Notes under the pieces: generated by a model | Database searches by the model: none | What the model was told of the DNA's origin: nothing | What the model saw: the letters and a program-made list of their open reading frames with translations, nothing else | In this document: positions 62,465 through 64,000 of the stretch, piece by piece | Layout of the letters: each line of letters starts with the position of its first letter | How positions within the stretch are numbered: the stretch's first letter is position 1 | Program-made: the position numbers and the translations under genes | NCBI RefSeq assembly: GCF_001194135.2 | Contig: NC_068984.1 | Location: 66,454,267 to 66,518,266, forward strand | Reading direction: 5' to 3' | DNA length: 64,000 nucleotides | Source of the DNA: Octopus bimaculoides | Taxonomy: Eukaryota

Positions 62465-63617
62465 TTATGTTATGAGTTCAAATACAGCTGAGAGCAACAT
62501 TGCATTTTCACCTGTTTTAGGGTTGGTAAAAAATAAAAGTACCAGTAAAGTACTGGGATCACAGTAATTGACTCCTTTTTTTCCCCTCAAAACTGCTAAC
62601 CTTGCACCAAAATTAGCATGCCAGACAAATTCCTTAGCAGTATTTCATCTGTTTTTGTGTTCCGAGGTCAAATTCTACCAAGATAGACTTTGCCTTTCAT
62701 CCTTACAGAGTCAATAAAATAAGTACCAGATGAATCAACTAACCCTGGCCCTTAAAATTTCAGGCCTTATTAAGATAGAGAGCTGGCAGAGTCATTAAGC
62801 ATGTTGGGCAAAATGTTTACAGTATTTCTTCCAAGTCATTAAGATCTGAGTTCAAATTCTGCCAAAGTCAATTTCATCTTTCATCCATTCAGAGTCAGTA
62901 AAAATAAGTACCAGTTGAACAACAGAGCATGGGAGGGGTCAATTTAATTGACTATCCACCTCCCACAACATTTCAGACCTTGTGCCTATAGTAGAAAGAA
63001 ATGTTATTACTATTAAATGGTTTCTAATTTTGGTGCTAGGTCAGTAATATTGGTTGGAGCAGGGTTAGTTGATCACATTGAGCCCAATACTTAAATGTCC
63101 CTTTATTTTATTGATCCTCAAAGGATGGAAAGTAAAGTTGACCCCGACCAGTTTGGAGCTCAGAATGCCACTAATCATTTTGTCTGGCATGCTAACATTC
63201 TGCCAGCTTGCCCCCTTTATAATAATTTTAGCTCAAGGCCAGCAATTTCAGAGGTGATGGTTAAGTTGGTTACACCGATCCCAGAGATCAATTGGTACTT
63301 ATTTTATCGACCCTAAAATGTGGAAAGGCAAAGTTAACCTCGGTGGCATTTGAACTCTGTATATAAAGCTGGAAGAAATGCATGCTAACATTTCTGTAAT
63401 CTTGTCACCTTAATAGTAATAATAGTGGTTTCAAATTTTTGGCACAAGGCCAGCAATTTGGGGGAGGGGTAAGTCAATTATATTGACCCTGGTACTCAAC
63501 TGGTATGTATTTTATCGACCCTGAAAGGATGAAAGGCAAATTCAACCTTATAGACATAGATGAAATGCCACAAAGCATTCTGCCTAGCATGCTAATAATT
63601 TTGCCAGTTTGCTGCCT
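62465..63617. mobile_element. Cluster of six SINE family B copies (three +, then three -)
   Basis: + copies at about 62465-62612, 62613-62770 and 62778-63000; - copies at about 63018-63215, 63226-63410 and 63428-63617. Confidence 0.85.
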
Positions 63618-63618
63618 T

Positions 63619-63661
<43 letters not shown>

Positions 63662-63910
63662 GCCTCAAGGTCACAGTTTTAAAAATGCAACAGTTTTTTA
63701 AAAAAGCATCAGTTTTAAAGATGCAAGAAAAATACCCTTAAACCTATATAGTTAAATGATGAAGAATTAGAACTGAAGGTATATGATAAATTCACAGACC
63801 ATATATTGTTAAGAAAAGTAACATCATCATTTTTTGGAAAGTCTTTTTATAAACACTTCATTTGATAGAAGATGGTCATGCAAAACATGTATTCTAAGCA
63901 ACATATATAT

Positions 63911-64000
63911 ATCATCATCATCATCATCATCATCGTTTAACGTCTGCCTTCCATGCTAGCATGGGTTGGACGATTCGACTGAGGACTGGTGAAACCGGAT
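63911..64000 (-). mobile_element. RTE LINE 3' end, cut by window edge
   Basis: (CAT)n-CGTTTAACGTCTGCCTTCCATGCTAGCATGGGTTGGACG, as at 30105 and 34938. Confidence 0.85.

Noticed and set aside
1-64000. CRISPR array, rRNA, intact tRNA genes, prokaryotic operons
   Set aside because: No regularly spaced repeat-spacer pattern and no rRNA motifs; all tRNA-like sequences have broken stems or belong to SINEs; the DNA is eukaryotic in character.

Overview
AT-rich, non-coding animal genomic DNA, packed with microsatellites and containing seven N-gaps. The repeat families suggest a cephalopod, probably octopus; that is inference, not shown by the sequence. No host protein-coding gene, rRNA or intact tRNA can be supported, and nearly all ORFs in the track are microsatellite, gap or repeat artefacts. 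The real coding relics are all transposon-derived: several RTE-clade LINE 3' fragments, two R4/Dong-type LINE fragments, a Penelope-like element with a GIY-YIG domain, and a Helitron helicase C-terminus with a canonical 3' end. There are also mariner- and hAT-type MITEs and dozens of tRNA-derived SINE copies. Four observations stand out. (i) Four separate degenerate hammerhead-ribozyme motifs; one lies just downstream of a 72-nt tRNA-like Pol III cassette in a Penelope 3' end, and one lies inside a 67-bp inverted repeat. (ii) Two near-identical 70-80 bp segments apparently copied from DNA 1.3 and 2.8 kb away into repeats. (iii) A six-copy SINE cluster arranged as three forward then three reverse copies. 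(iv) Fold-back hairpins and a duplicated tRNA-like cassette in otherwise unique sequence. Interspersed-repeat boundaries were placed by eye and are approximate.
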